Source: Clostridia bacterium (GTDB lineage: Bacteria > Bacillota > Clostridia > Oscillospirales > CAG-272). From it: a stretch of DNA of 64,000 bases. The DNA lies in assembly GCA_017532025.1 (NCBI GenBank), contig JAFXJX010000058.1, positions 5,058 to 69,057 of the forward strand. The letters are read 5' to 3'. Made by a program: the position numbers and the translations under genes. Positions 1 to 9,694 of the stretch are shown piece after piece. Every line of letters begins with the position of its first letter. Positions within the stretch are counted from its first letter, which is position 1. Below the pieces are notes generated by a model. The model searched no databases. It was not told where the DNA came from and saw nothing but the letters and a program-made list of their open reading frames with translations.

Positions 1-465
1 CACAGCAGCAATCACAACACTTTCTAAAAGCACGATGGGTCCCCGCCACACAAGCACGTCAAGGGGTGTTTTGTAGTATATCCAAAGACCAATGCTTTTG
101 ATGATCATCGAGCCTGCAATATGCGGCACAAAGGCAGACAGCACAAGCGAGGATTTCGTCAGCTTTTTGCCGAGAAAACCCGCAAGCAGTCCTTCCACCG
201 CGCAACCGACCGTCACAAGCGGAATCAAATAACCGGGGCCGTAAAACGCGAAACAACCCACAATATCGCCCACAAGTCCCACTGCCATACCCACGATCGG
301 ACCGAAGAAGCAGCCTGCCAAAAGAATTGGCAAACTGCCAAGCCCGATGCGATGCGAAGAGCCGATCTTGATCGAAGCGTACTGCGCTAAAATCACGGTA
401 AGCGCACAAAGGATCGATGCGAACACCAACACACGCAGATGATTTCTGTTTCTTTCTTTTTTCAT
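1..465 (-). CDS. folT: Folate family ECF transporter S component (3' end runs off the window)
   Basis: Not in the ORF track. Manual translation from the ATG at 465, behind AGGAGG, gives MKKERNRNHLRVLVFASILCALTVILAQYASIKIGSSHRIGLGSLPILLAGCFFGPIVGMAVGLVGDIVG..., a hydrophobic S-component pattern. A THF riboswitch lies upstream. Confidence 0.85.
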   Translation of the reverse strand, partial: MKKERNRNHLRVLVFASILCALTVILAQYASIKIGSSHRIGLGSLPILLAGCFFGPIVGMAVGLVGDIVGCFAFYGPGYLIPLVTVGCAVEGLLAGFLGKKLTKSSLVLSAFVPHIAGSMIIKSIGLWIYYKTPLDVLVWRGPIVLLESVVIAAV

Positions 466-534
466 AAAAAAATACCTCCTTTATCCTCGTTTCCAAAGCA
501 ATAAAGAAGGCAAAAAGCTTTTCTTTTGTTTTGT

Positions 535-633
535 GAAGCGGGATGCAAGATTCAAACCGCAAGTGAAAACACTTTTCGTTCCGACGGCAACTCCCCGTCC
601 TTCGGACACTTAACGAATGAATCTTTACTCTTC
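535..633 (-). ncRNA. THF (tetrahydrofolate) riboswitch
   Basis: Minus strand reads GAAGAGTAAAGATTCA-TTCGTTAAGTGTCCGAAGGACGGGGAGTTGCCGTCGGAACGAAAAG...TTGCGG-TTTGAATCTTGCATCCCGCTTC. This contains the conserved AGAGUA, CGUUAAGUG, GGG.GUUGC, ACGAAA, GCGG and GCAUCCCGCU blocks, upstream of a folate transporter. Confidence 0.9.
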
Positions 634-665
634 TTTGGCACAACGCCATAATCTCTGACAAAAAC

Positions 666-693
666 AGTATATCACAAATGAAAAAAAAGTCAA
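666..693 (-). promoter_or_regulatory. sigma-A promoter for the THF riboswitch/folT transcript
   Basis: TTGACT-N16-TATACT with TG extension, just upstream of the riboswitch. Confidence 0.55.
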
Positions 694-793
694 TATTTCC
701 CGCAAGAAAAATCATTTTTTCTTTTTGTCGCATGAGTTTTTTGTTATTATTATAATATTTTTGCTGAATTCAAAAAAAATTGACAAACCATTC

Positions 794-822
794 TTGCATT
801 GTGCCAAGAAAAAGAGTATAAT
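794..822 (+). promoter_or_regulatory. sigma-A promoter for the ABC transporter
   Basis: TTGCAT-N17-TATAAT about 40 nt before the start codon. Confidence 0.6.
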
Positions 823-863
823 GCTATGTGTAATATTATGTGTACTGTAAAGGAAGTGATTCT

Positions 864-2858
864 ATGGGTCCCGGAGGATTCGGACCGCCCGGCGGACGCG
901 AAGATATGTACGCGAAACTTCGTGAACCCAAACCGAAAAACATCAAAGAAATACCGCGCTACTTAAAGAACATCACCAAGACCTTCTTTGTTCGTCTGTT
1001 TTATACCGTAGCACTTGTTTGGGAAGCCAAGCCGTCACTTGTCTTTTTGATGGCGTTTATGGCAATCTTCAACGGTGTCATTCCGGTTGTCAGCGCTTAT
1101 ATCACTGCGAATCTTATTAACGTCATTACCGCTTCGTTAAGCGGCAATGCAAGCAGCAACGATGTTCTCATCGCCCTCATGTGGCAATTCGGCTTTATCT
1201 TCTTTAACAGCCTTGTCAATACCATCAACAACATCGTCACACGCATTTCGGGCGAAGTGGTCACCAACCACATTAAGGTTAAGATCATGGAAAAAGCCAA
1301 GGACATCGACCTTGCCTCCTTTGATATGCCCGATTTTTATGAGCGTATGGAAAACGCCAACCGCGAGGCCGGTATGCGCCCCATCCACATTCTGAACGCC
1401 ACCTTCTCAATGGTCAGCCGTATCATCACCATGGTTTCCTTCATTGTGGTGCTGATCCGTATTATGCCCAAGCTCAATCCCCTGGCACCCCTTTTCATGG
1501 TGGTGTTCGTTCTGTTCTCGATTCTTTCCGCGGTCGTCAACTTCATTTTCCGCCGCAAAAACTTTTTGTATATGCGCCACCGTTCCAAAGACCGCCGTCA
1601 GATGTCTTACTACTCGGGCGTTCTTGTCAATAAAGACCTTGTGAAAGAAGTCCGCCTGTTTAACCTTTCGGATCTTTTCATCGGTCGTTATAACGAAGTC
1701 TTCGGCAAATATTTCTCGGGCATCAAAAAACTCATCCGCGCCGAAGGTCTCTGGCAGATTCTCATTACCCTCGGCACATCGGCACTCAACTGCGTGCTCT
1801 TTTACATGATCGCCATAGGCATCAGCGAGATCGGTGAGTATTCGCTCTACACGAACGCATTGAACTCGGTATCTTCCGCTGTTGCCGCGCTCATCACCAC
1901 CACCGCTACCATTTACGAAGGCACGCTCTTTATTGACAACATGATCCTCTTTATGAAAGAGGAAAAAACCATCGTACCGTCTATCCCCAAAGCAAGAGTA
2001 CCCGAAAAGCACATCGGCCATACCATCGAATTCGAGCACGTCAGCTTCGCTTATCCGGGTACTGAGCGCAAGGTACTGAACGACATCAACATCAAGCTTG
2101 AGCCGCGTGACACGGTGGTGCTTGTCGGTTTGAACGGCGCAGGCAAAACCACGCTCTTAAAGCTTCTCACCCGTCTTTACGACCCCACAGAGGGCAGAAT
2201 CCTGCTTGACGGACACGATATCAGAGAATACGACCCCAAAGAGCTGTACAAAATCTTCGGTATCATCTTCCAAGACTTCGGCAAATACGCCTTCAGTGTC
2301 AAAGAAAACATCGCTTTTTCCAAGCACGATCAACCGATTGACATGGACGAGATCGAAGAAGCAGCCGTTCAATCGGCATCGGATGAATTCATCCACCGCC
2401 TGCCCGACGGCTACGATACCCCTCTTATGCGATACTTTGAGAAAAACGGCATTGAGCTTTCGATCGGTCAGTGGCAAAAGCTTTCGGTCGCAAGAGCCTT
2501 TTACAGCGACAGCGACATTTTAATTCTCGATGAGCCTACAGCCTCACTTGACCCAATGGCTGAACAGGAGATCTTCAACCAGTTCGACCGTTTGAAAAAA
2601 GATAAAACCACCATTTTCGTCTCGCACCGCCTTTCCTCTGCCACCACTGCCAATAAGATCATCGTTTTGAAAGAAGGCAGAGTCATTGAGGAAGGTGACC
2701 ATGCCGCACTCATGGCGCAAAAAGGCGAATACTACACCCTTTTCTCCACACAGGCAAAGCGCTATATTTCAAGCGAAAACGAATCTGTGCGCGAAGAAAA
2801 CTTTGCTTCCCATCCACACGGTATGCCAAGACCCCCATTTCACCGTAAACCAGATTAA
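864..2858 (+). CDS. ABC exporter, fused permease/ATP-binding protein
   Basis: N-terminal TM helices, Walker A GLNGAGKTT, signature LSIGQWQK, Walker B ILILDEPT and H-loop SHRLS. The ATG at 864 follows AAGGAAGTG. Confidence 0.92.
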   Translation: MGPGGFGPPGGREDMYAKLREPKPKNIKEIPRYLKNITKTFFVRLFYTVALVWEAKPSLVFLMAFMAIFNGVIPVVSAYITANLINVITASLSGNASSNDVLIALMWQFGFIFFNSLVNTINNIVTRISGEVVTNHIKVKIMEKAKDIDLASFDMPDFYERMENANREAGMRPIHILNATFSMVSRIITMVSFIVVLIRIMPKLNPLAPLFMVVFVLFSILSAVVNFIFRRKNFLYMRHRSKDRRQMSYYSGVLVNKDLVKEVRLFNLSDLFIGRYNEVFGKYFSGIKKLIRAEGLWQILITLGTSALNCVLFYMIAIGISEIGEYSLYTNALNSVSSAVAALITTTATIYEGTLFIDNMILFMKEEKTIVPSIPKARVPEKHIGHTIEFEHVSFAYPGTERKVLNDINIKLEPRDTVVLVGLNGAGKTTLLKLLTRLYDPTEGRILLDGHDIREYDPKELYKIFGIIFQDFGKYAFSVKENIAFSKHDQPIDMDEIEEAAVQSASDEFIHRLPDGYDTPLMRYFEKNGIELSIGQWQKLSVARAFYSDSDILILDEPTASLDPMAEQEIFNQFDRLKKDKTTIFVSHRLSSATTANKIIVLKEGRVIEEGDHAALMAQKGEYYTLFSTQAKRYISSENESVREENFASHPHGMPRPPFHRKPD

Positions 2859-2871
2859 CAAGGAGATTTTT

Positions 2872-4059
2872 ATGAAATTCTTTCACCCCACCGATATTCT
2901 TTTACCCAAAACCAATCACGAAAAATGGGCAACCATTGCCTGCGACCAACACACAAGTGATCCCTCTTATTGGGAAAAAGCAGATGCCATCGCAAGTGAG
3001 TTCCCCTCTGCTTTGCGCGTCATTCTCCCCGAAGTCTATCTTTTGCCCGACAATAGCAAAAGAATCGCCGCCATCAATCAAACGATGCAAGAATACCTTG
3101 ACAGCGGTATTTTCACCGAATACAAGGATGCCCTCATTTTTCTGGAGCGCACCCTTCCCTCCGGCAAGGTACGCCACGGCCTTGTAGGTGCTGTTGACCT
3201 TGAAGCGTATGACTATCACAAGGGTGCTAAAAGCCCGATCCGCGCCACCGAAGAAACCGTAGCTGACCGCATTCCGCCCCGTGTTGCCATCCGTCAAAAC
3301 GCCTCTCTGGAGCTGCCTCATGTCATGCTGTTGATCAATGATATGGAAAAGACCGTCATTGAACCGCTTGCCAATGCCAAAAACAGCTTTCCGCTACTCT
3401 ACGATTTTGACCTGATGCTCGGCGGTGGCCATGTCAAAGGCTACCTTGTCACAAAAGAGTATGCCGAAAAGGTTGAACGTGCCCTTGACACGCTGTATGA
3501 AACCTCACCCCTTCTCTTTGCCGTGGGTGACGGCAACCATTCGCTTGCCACTGCCAAAACCTGCTATGAAATGAATCCCACGTCGCTTTCGCAATCAGCC
3601 CTTGTGGAAGTGGTGAACATTCACGATTCAGCCCTTGAATTTGAGCCGATCTATCGCGTGCTGTTCGGCGTTGATCCAAGTGCCGTACTCAAAGCGTTAG
3701 AGGATTATTTTGCCAAGCAGACCGCAAAGGACACACAAGAGGTAACTGTGATCTTCGGCACACACGAAGTGACCCTTTCCCTTCCTGCTGTTTCTACCCT
3801 TGCCGTTTCTACCCTGCAACAGTTTCTTGATGGTTACATCAAGGCGCACCCCGAGGTCACGATCGACTATATTCACGGCATCAGGGAGACCCGCGCCCTC
3901 GCACAGGCGCCCAACACGATCGGCTTCTTGTTTGACGGCATGAAAAAAGAAGAGCTTTTCCCTGCGGTGGAAAAAGACGGCGCGCTTGTCCGCAAAACCT
4001 TCTCCATGGGAGAAGCGGCAGACAAACGCTATTATATCGAGGCAAGAAAGATTCGGTAA
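2872..4059 (+). CDS. DUF1015 family protein
   Basis: WATIACDQHTS, IRATEETV.DRIPPR, FAVGDGNHSLATAK and RKTFSMG motifs; RBS AGGAG. Confidence 0.88.
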   Translation: MKFFHPTDILLPKTNHEKWATIACDQHTSDPSYWEKADAIASEFPSALRVILPEVYLLPDNSKRIAAINQTMQEYLDSGIFTEYKDALIFLERTLPSGKVRHGLVGAVDLEAYDYHKGAKSPIRATEETVADRIPPRVAIRQNASLELPHVMLLINDMEKTVIEPLANAKNSFPLLYDFDLMLGGGHVKGYLVTKEYAEKVERALDTLYETSPLLFAVGDGNHSLATAKTCYEMNPTSLSQSALVEVVNIHDSALEFEPIYRVLFGVDPSAVLKALEDYFAKQTAKDTQEVTVIFGTHEVTLSLPAVSTLAVSTLQQFLDGYIKAHPEVTIDYIHGIRETRALAQAPNTIGFLFDGMKKEELFPAVEKDGALVRKTFSMGEAADKRYYIEARKIR

Positions 4060-4146
4060 AATCATCAAAAACACTTGCGTATATCACACTTTTATGGTAT
4101 GATGTGGATATCAACCAAAACATTTCCATTTAACAGGAGAACCGCC

Positions 4147-5433
4147 ATGAATGAATTTTCGCATATTTTGAAAGACCAGATTGAAAAGGTTTGCGCCAAA
4201 CTTCACGAAATGAAGCGCGACGACCTTGCTCTTCTCTTTACCAAGTGCTATCCCAATACACTTGAAACCACCACCAAGCTTCTTGACGACGGCAGCGCGT
4301 TTGTCATCACAGGTGACATTCACGCCATGTGGCTGCGCGACAGCTCGGCGCAGGTTCACCACTACCTCCCCGTTGCTGCTGAAAACGAAGAACTTGCCGA
4401 CATCATCGAAAAGATGATCAACCGCTACACGCTCTACGTGCCGAAAGATCCCTATGCCAACGCTTTCAACGAATGCGATAACGACAGAGGTCACAAAGGC
4501 GACCTCACCTTCCGTTCCCCTTGGGTATGGGAAAGAAAGTATGAAGTGGACTCGCTCTGCTCGGTCATCTTTATCGCATACAAATTCTGGAAGAAGACAG
4601 GCAGAATCAGCCATTTTGATGAAGCATACAAGACTATGCTGAACATCATCCTGGATCTGTGGGAAACCGAACAGTATCACGAGGAAAAATCGCCCTACAC
4701 CTTTGAACGTCCCAATTGTCGTAAGCTGTCCGACACCATGACGCGTGGCGGCAAGGGCGAGCCTGTTGGCTACACCGGTATGACTTGGTCTGCTTTCCGT
4801 CCTTCGGATGACGCTTGTATTTACAACTACTTAATTCCTTCCGAAATGTATGCCGTTGTCACCCTCGGCTACACCGCCGAGATCGCAAGAGAAATCTACA
4901 AAGATGAAGCCCTTGCGCTTCGCGCTGAAAAGCTCGCATCCGAGATTGACGAAGGCATCAAGAAATACGGTATCGTTGACCATCCCAAATACGGCAAGAT
5001 CTACGCATACGAAACCGACGGTCTTGGCAACTACAATCTCATGGACGATGCCAACGTACCTTCTCTTCTTTCTGCACCCTACCTCGGCTACTGCTCGGTT
5101 GATGATGAAATCTATCAGAACACAAGAAAGTTCATCCTTTCCGAAGATAACCCCTATTACTTCTCGGGTAGCGTTTTGCGCGGCATCGGAAGCCCCCATA
5201 CCGCCAAAGGTCACGTATGGCCGATCTCCCTTGCCCTTCAGGGTCTTACCTCAACCGATCCCAAGGAAATCGAAGAGATTCTCGATATGCTCGTTGCTTC
5301 GCACGCAGGCACTTACTTCATGCACGAAGGTATTGATGCCAACAACGAATACAATTTCACCCGCACTTGGTTTGCTTGGGCGAACTCCATTTTCTCTGAG
5401 CTTGTACTCAAATACGCAGGCTTTGAAATCTAA
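4147..5433 (+). CDS. Glycoside hydrolase family 125 (exo-alpha-1,6-mannosidase-like)
   Basis: FVITGDIHAMWLRDSSAQ, WERKYEVDSL, SAFRPSDDAC, MDDANVPSLL, GIGSPHT and FTRTWFAWANS motifs. Confidence 0.93.
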   Translation: MNEFSHILKDQIEKVCAKLHEMKRDDLALLFTKCYPNTLETTTKLLDDGSAFVITGDIHAMWLRDSSAQVHHYLPVAAENEELADIIEKMINRYTLYVPKDPYANAFNECDNDRGHKGDLTFRSPWVWERKYEVDSLCSVIFIAYKFWKKTGRISHFDEAYKTMLNIILDLWETEQYHEEKSPYTFERPNCRKLSDTMTRGGKGEPVGYTGMTWSAFRPSDDACIYNYLIPSEMYAVVTLGYTAEIAREIYKDEALALRAEKLASEIDEGIKKYGIVDHPKYGKIYAYETDGLGNYNLMDDANVPSLLSAPYLGYCSVDDEIYQNTRKFILSEDNPYYFSGSVLRGIGSPHTAKGHVWPISLALQGLTSTDPKEIEEILDMLVASHAGTYFMHEGIDANNEYNFTRTWFAWANSIFSELVLKYAGFEI

Positions 5434-5442
5434 TTTTTACCA

Positions 5443-5479
5443 AAAAGCAACGGTGCAGAAACTCTGTACCGTTGCTTTT
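5443..5479 (+). terminator. Intrinsic terminator after GH125
   Basis: AAAAGCAACGGTGCAG-loop-CTGTACCGTTGCTTTT hairpin. Confidence 0.75.
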
Positions 5480-5496
5480 GAGGTTTTGGAATGTAT

Positions 5497-7311
5497 ATGA
5501 AAAATAAGCTATTATTCTTGTTTCTTGTTTGCTTTTGCCTGTTGCTTTTTCTTGTATCTTGCGGTGATGACACGCCTGACAGCACAAGCGTTTCCACAAC
5601 ATCGCAAACCACCTCTGACGCGATAACAGAAACAAGCACCCAAACACCCCCTGTCAGCACAACACCAATTACCACAACAGCGGCACCAACCACCCCGCCC
5701 GAAACCGAAGCTGTGATTCCGCAAAGCTACTATACCGGTCCGGGTGCTCTTGCAAGAGGCAGTCGGGTGGTAATCCCCGCCAAATACAACAAGGGCATTG
5801 CGTGTGATATTCACCCCTCGCTTATTTTCGGAACACTTTACTTTTTCCTGCCCTCCACAGCCGACCTCTCGCAAGTGGTTTATGAAGTGTACAACGCCGA
5901 CGGTACACTCAGCATGGGGCGTGTTGCCGATTTCACAAGCGACACCAAAGACTTCAAAAAAATCGCCATCGGCAGCAGATCCTATATTCCCGAGGTATAT
6001 ATATCAAGCAGCCCTGCTCTCTTTCTCGAAATTGATGAAGAGTACGGCACTTTTGAGGATGTAAAGTACGACAAAACCAAAGAAACCAAAGCCTACGGAA
6101 AGCTTATCATCACCTGCCGCGAGGATATTGCCGAAGAAAAGGGCTGGAAAACCTATTACTCCAGCCGCGAGGACGATAGCAACTCACCCGGCTCAATGTA
6201 CATCAAAGGGCGCGGCAACTGGACTTGGATTTCCACCGACAAAAAAGGTTTTTCAATCAAGCTCGAGAAAAAAGAAGAGCTTCTCGGTATGACGAAAAGC
6301 AAAAAATGGGCGCTTGTGGGTAATATGCCGGATGCCACCATGCTCCGCAATTCGGTTGCCTCCTACCTCGGCCATGCCGCGGAGTTTGCCTATACTCCCT
6401 CGTCTGAGCTTGTGGACGTATTTGTCAACGGCGTGTATCAAGGCTCTTACCTCCTCAGTGAAAAGATCAGCATCGGTGAAGGCCGCATCGAAATGTCCGA
6501 CCTTGAAGACAAAGTCGAAGACCTGATGAAAGATGAGAACTACGACTACGGCGAGCAGAAAATTACGCGCGACAATGTATCACACACAACCATCAAATAT
6601 TGGACCAATGTGAAAAACCCTGCGGATATCACGGGCGGCTATATCATTGAAATGGAAATGAGCGATCGCTACAAAAACGAGCCCAGCGGCTTTGTCACGC
6701 GCAGGGGCGTTTCCTACGTCATCAAATCGCCCGAATACGCAAGCCGCGAGCAAGTATCCTATATTGCCGCCTTCGTGCAGGAAATGGAGAACGCCATCTT
6801 TTCTTCAAACGGAATCAACTCCAAAACCGGCAAGCATTACACCGCGTATATGGATCTTGACTCTTTCGTCAAAAAATATTGGGTGGACGAGATCACCAAA
6901 AACCGCGACGGTGCCAAAACAAGCCATTATCTCTATAAGCCTGCCGACAGTCAATCCACAAAAATCTACGCAGGTCCTTTGTGGGACTACGACATCACCT
7001 TGGGTATTCACAACGACTCCAAAGACCCGAAAGGATGGTTTTCACGCACCGAGAAAGATTTTTACCGCGCCCTCTTCCTGCACGACGATTTCCAAAAACG
7101 CGCAAACGAAATTTTCTTCGATATTTTCTACCCTGCCGTAACCAAGCTGCTTGATGGCGAAATCGATGCCATGGCAAAAAGGACACAAGCCTCGGCAGAA
7201 ATGAACGACGTTTTGTGGCACGTTCTCGAAAAAGACTACACAGACCACGTCGAAGACCTGAAGAAATATCTTACTACACGCATCACTTGGATCAAAAACG
7301 AAATATCATAA
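5497..7311 (+). CDS. CotH kinase family lipoprotein
   Basis: Lipobox LVSC, Thr/Ser/Pro-rich linker, then IKGRGNWTW, KKWAL, D.TMLRN, GVYQGSYLLSEK, GGYIIE and AGPLWDYD CotH motifs. Confidence 0.88.
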   Translation: MKNKLLFLFLVCFCLLLFLVSCGDDTPDSTSVSTTSQTTSDAITETSTQTPPVSTTPITTTAAPTTPPETEAVIPQSYYTGPGALARGSRVVIPAKYNKGIACDIHPSLIFGTLYFFLPSTADLSQVVYEVYNADGTLSMGRVADFTSDTKDFKKIAIGSRSYIPEVYISSSPALFLEIDEEYGTFEDVKYDKTKETKAYGKLIITCREDIAEEKGWKTYYSSREDDSNSPGSMYIKGRGNWTWISTDKKGFSIKLEKKEELLGMTKSKKWALVGNMPDATMLRNSVASYLGHAAEFAYTPSSELVDVFVNGVYQGSYLLSEKISIGEGRIEMSDLEDKVEDLMKDENYDYGEQKITRDNVSHTTIKYWTNVKNPADITGGYIIEMEMSDRYKNEPSGFVTRRGVSYVIKSPEYASREQVSYIAAFVQEMENAIFSSNGINSKTGKHYTAYMDLDSFVKKYWVDEITKNRDGAKTSHYLYKPADSQSTKIYAGPLWDYDITLGIHNDSKDPKGWFSRTEKDFYRALFLHDDFQKRANEIFFDIFYPAVTKLLDGEIDAMAKRTQASAEMNDVLWHVLEKDYTDHVEDLKKYLTTRITWIKNEIS

Positions 7312-7350
7312 AAAGGTAGGCTTTCATAAACGAAGGCCATGGTAATTATC

Positions 7351-7737
7351 ATGTTAACGATCGGAATCAAAGGAACACAAACAATCAAAGTTACCGAGGA
7401 AAACACCGCCGCCACCATGGGAAGCGGCACACTTGCCGTCTTTGCCACCCCCGCCATGATCGCGCTGATGGAAAAAACCGCTTATCTCAGCGTACAGGAT
7501 GCCCTTGATGAGGGCATGGGATCGGTTGGTACTTATCTCAATGTCAAACACCTTGCCGCCACCCCCGTGGGTATGCAGGTCACTTGCGAAAGCGAGCTTG
7601 TGGAAATTGACTCAAGACGCCTTGTGTTTACCGTCAAGGCTTATGACGAAACAGGCCTCATCGGCGAAGGCACACACGAAAGATTCATCGTGCAGAATGA
7701 AAAATTCCTCGCCAAAACCAACGCCAAAAAGGGATAA
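7351..7737 (+). CDS. Thioesterase family protein (FlK-like hotdog fold)
   Basis: MGSG.LAVFATPAMIALME, HLAATPVG and IGEGTHERFIV motifs. Confidence 0.9.
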   Translation: MLTIGIKGTQTIKVTEENTAATMGSGTLAVFATPAMIALMEKTAYLSVQDALDEGMGSVGTYLNVKHLAATPVGMQVTCESELVEIDSRRLVFTVKAYDETGLIGEGTHERFIVQNEKFLAKTNAKKG

Positions 7738-7783
7738 AAACAAAAGACAAGGTTGCAAAAAAGTAACCTTGTCTTTTGTTTTT
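7737..7783. terminator. Bidirectional intrinsic terminator
   Basis: AAAAACAAAAGACAAGGTTGC-loop-GTAACCTTGTCTTTTGTTTTT between convergent genes. Confidence 0.8.
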
Positions 7784-7824
7784 ATCAATCCAAACAGTCA
7801 TACTGTACTAAAATTTATGATCTT

Positions 7825-8391
7825 CTATCCCACGATCTCGTAGGTTGCTGAGTTGAAAAGAATATTTCCCCGCTCCGATTTGACAGAGAGGAAATGACCG
7901 CGCTCGGGGCAAGCGTAAATGATGCCTTCGTCTGTAATCAGAAAAGCTTGTTCCACTTCTTCCTTGACGTACGCCAAAGGATCTGCACCTTTTTCAAGAT
8001 CAAACTTCTTTCTGAATTTCTTTTCCGAAGACTCGTTTTTGAAATGCCATAGCCCGATCTGTTCAAGCAATCTTTCTCTGTACTGTTCAGTGGAATCGTT
8101 TGATATAGAATCGACAATTTCGCTCGCCTTGTCATAAAACCGATACGGCACAAAGACCTTGTAATTCTCAAGATTCAAGCCCAAAACAGTTCGTAATCCA
8201 TTACCTGACGGCATCAGAACACAAGGAATTCCTTCTTCGTCCAAAAAGCTTTTTAAGACTTCGCCTTCGCCTCTTTCGCATTCAAACAACAAGCAAAAAT
8301 CATCATCCTCAGCGTCTTTTAGCTTTTTGGCACCGCAAAAGGAACACACATCGTCTTCACAAAGTGATCGGCAGTTCCCGCAATATTTCAT
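7825..8391 (-). CDS. Hypothetical protein, N-terminal Cys-ribbon plus DUF2007-like domain
   Basis: MKYCGNC...CSFCG, then LKSFLDEEGIPC...YKVFVP...KASEI, which fits a DUF2007 pattern; RBS AAGGAGG. Confidence 0.65.
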   Translation of the reverse strand: MKYCGNCRSLCEDDVCSFCGAKKLKDAEDDDFCLLFECERGEGEVLKSFLDEEGIPCVLMPSGNGLRTVLGLNLENYKVFVPYRFYDKASEIVDSISNDSTEQYRERLLEQIGLWHFKNESSEKKFRKKFDLEKGADPLAYVKEEVEQAFLITDEGIIYACPERGHFLSVKSERGNILFNSATYEIVG

Positions 8392-8460
8392 AGACGCCTC
8401 CTTTATATTGTTGTCTATATCATAGATGCTCACTGATTGATTGTCAATATGATGGTTTCG

Positions 8461-9324
8461 TTATTCAGTTTCCTTCAGCCACTTGTTTCTGTAAGCTGTG
8501 CGGATGGTTTCGTAAAGCGCAGGCGCTTTGCCGCCCACTTCTTTGCCGTTGATATGCGAAACGGCAACACCCTGCACGCTCGATGCCATCACAATGACCT
8601 CGTCAGCGTCCATCAACTCCGCAAAGGAAAAGGCTCGTTCCTGTACGGGAATGCCGTGTTCACGGCAGATTTCAATGCAATGACTGCGTGTGACACCCGG
8701 CAAAATAAGATTGGTCAAGGGTGCTGTGATAAAAGCGCCGTCCTTGAGAATTGCCATGTTGCTGTGCGAACCCTCGGTCACATAACCGTTTCTCACAAAC
8801 ACAGCCTCATCACAGCCCGCATCCTTGGCAGCTTGGTTGGCAAGCACGTTGGGAAGCAGATTGATCGTCTTGATGTTGCAGAAATAATAGCGATTGTCTT
8901 CTTGCGACAAAAGCTTAAAACGCTTCGAGCCGTTATCAAGAAGCACATGGGGTCTTACGGTAATCAAAAGATTGGGAGAGACTCCCTTCGGGAAGGCGTG
9001 TCCGCGAAGCGCCGTGCCGCGCGTCATCTGCCAATACAGCACAAACTCATGCGAATCACACTGATGAATCAGCTTGTCAAACAGCTCAAGAAGCGCATCG
9101 GGCGTGATATTTGGCTCAATTTTGAGCATACGGCAAGACCTGAAAAAGCGCGCAATATGTTCGTCAACCGCAAACATTTTATAGTTTCTTCCATAAACCG
9201 CCTCATACACGCCGTCGCCGTAGTAATTCGAGCGGTCATTGGCAGGGATCATCAATTCTTCAAGCGGTGCGATCACACCGTTATAATAACCTACATTCAC
9301 CATCACAGTAACATCCTTTAACAC
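8461..9324 (-). CDS. dat: Class IV PLP aminotransferase (D-amino-acid aminotransferase-like)
   Basis: DRSNYYGDGVYE, YWQMTRG, CNIKTINLLPNVLA, VTEGSHSN and ILPGVTR motifs. Confidence 0.85.
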   Translation of the reverse strand: MLKDVTVMVNVGYYNGVIAPLEELMIPANDRSNYYGDGVYEAVYGRNYKMFAVDEHIARFFRSCRMLKIEPNITPDALLELFDKLIHQCDSHEFVLYWQMTRGTALRGHAFPKGVSPNLLITVRPHVLLDNGSKRFKLLSQEDNRYYFCNIKTINLLPNVLANQAAKDAGCDEAVFVRNGYVTEGSHSNMAILKDGAFITAPLTNLILPGVTRSHCIEICREHGIPVQERAFSFAELMDADEVIVMASSVQGVAVSHINGKEVGGKAPALYETIRTAYRNKWLKETE

Positions 9325-9487
9325 AAAAATCCGATTACAAATCGGTTGTTTTTATTATAACCGAAAACAACCGCCATTGCAAGAGGTGCAAAAAGAAAAA
9401 GTAAAATTTTCATAAACAGTTGAAAAGTTCCAAACAATATGATATGATATAGAATGAAGTATTATGGAATTGAGGTAAAATCTTGCC

Positions 9488-9694
9488 ATGCGTATTGTCA
9501 AACTCGATGTCGGCGATACTCTGCAAATGAAAAAAAAGCACCCCTGCGGCGCTGCCGAATTCATAGTCCTTCGCGTCGGCTCGGATATCAGAATCCGCTG
9601 TACCGGCTGCGGTCACGATATCACCGTTGCCCGCGAAAAGCTTGAAAAAAACATCAAAAACGTCATCCCAACGAAAGGCTCTCAAAATGGATAA
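9488..9694 (+). CDS. DUF951 family protein
   Basis: GD.LQMKKKHPCG...LRVGSDIRIRCTGCG signature. Confidence 0.9.
   Translation: MRIVKLDVGDTLQMKKKHPCGAAEFIVLRVGSDIRIRCTGCGHDITVAREKLEKNIKNVIPTKGSQNG

Noticed and set aside
59-733. 224-aa minus-strand ORF from the track
   Set aside because: Wrong frame: it runs through the promoter and THF riboswitch. The real gene starts at 465 in another frame.
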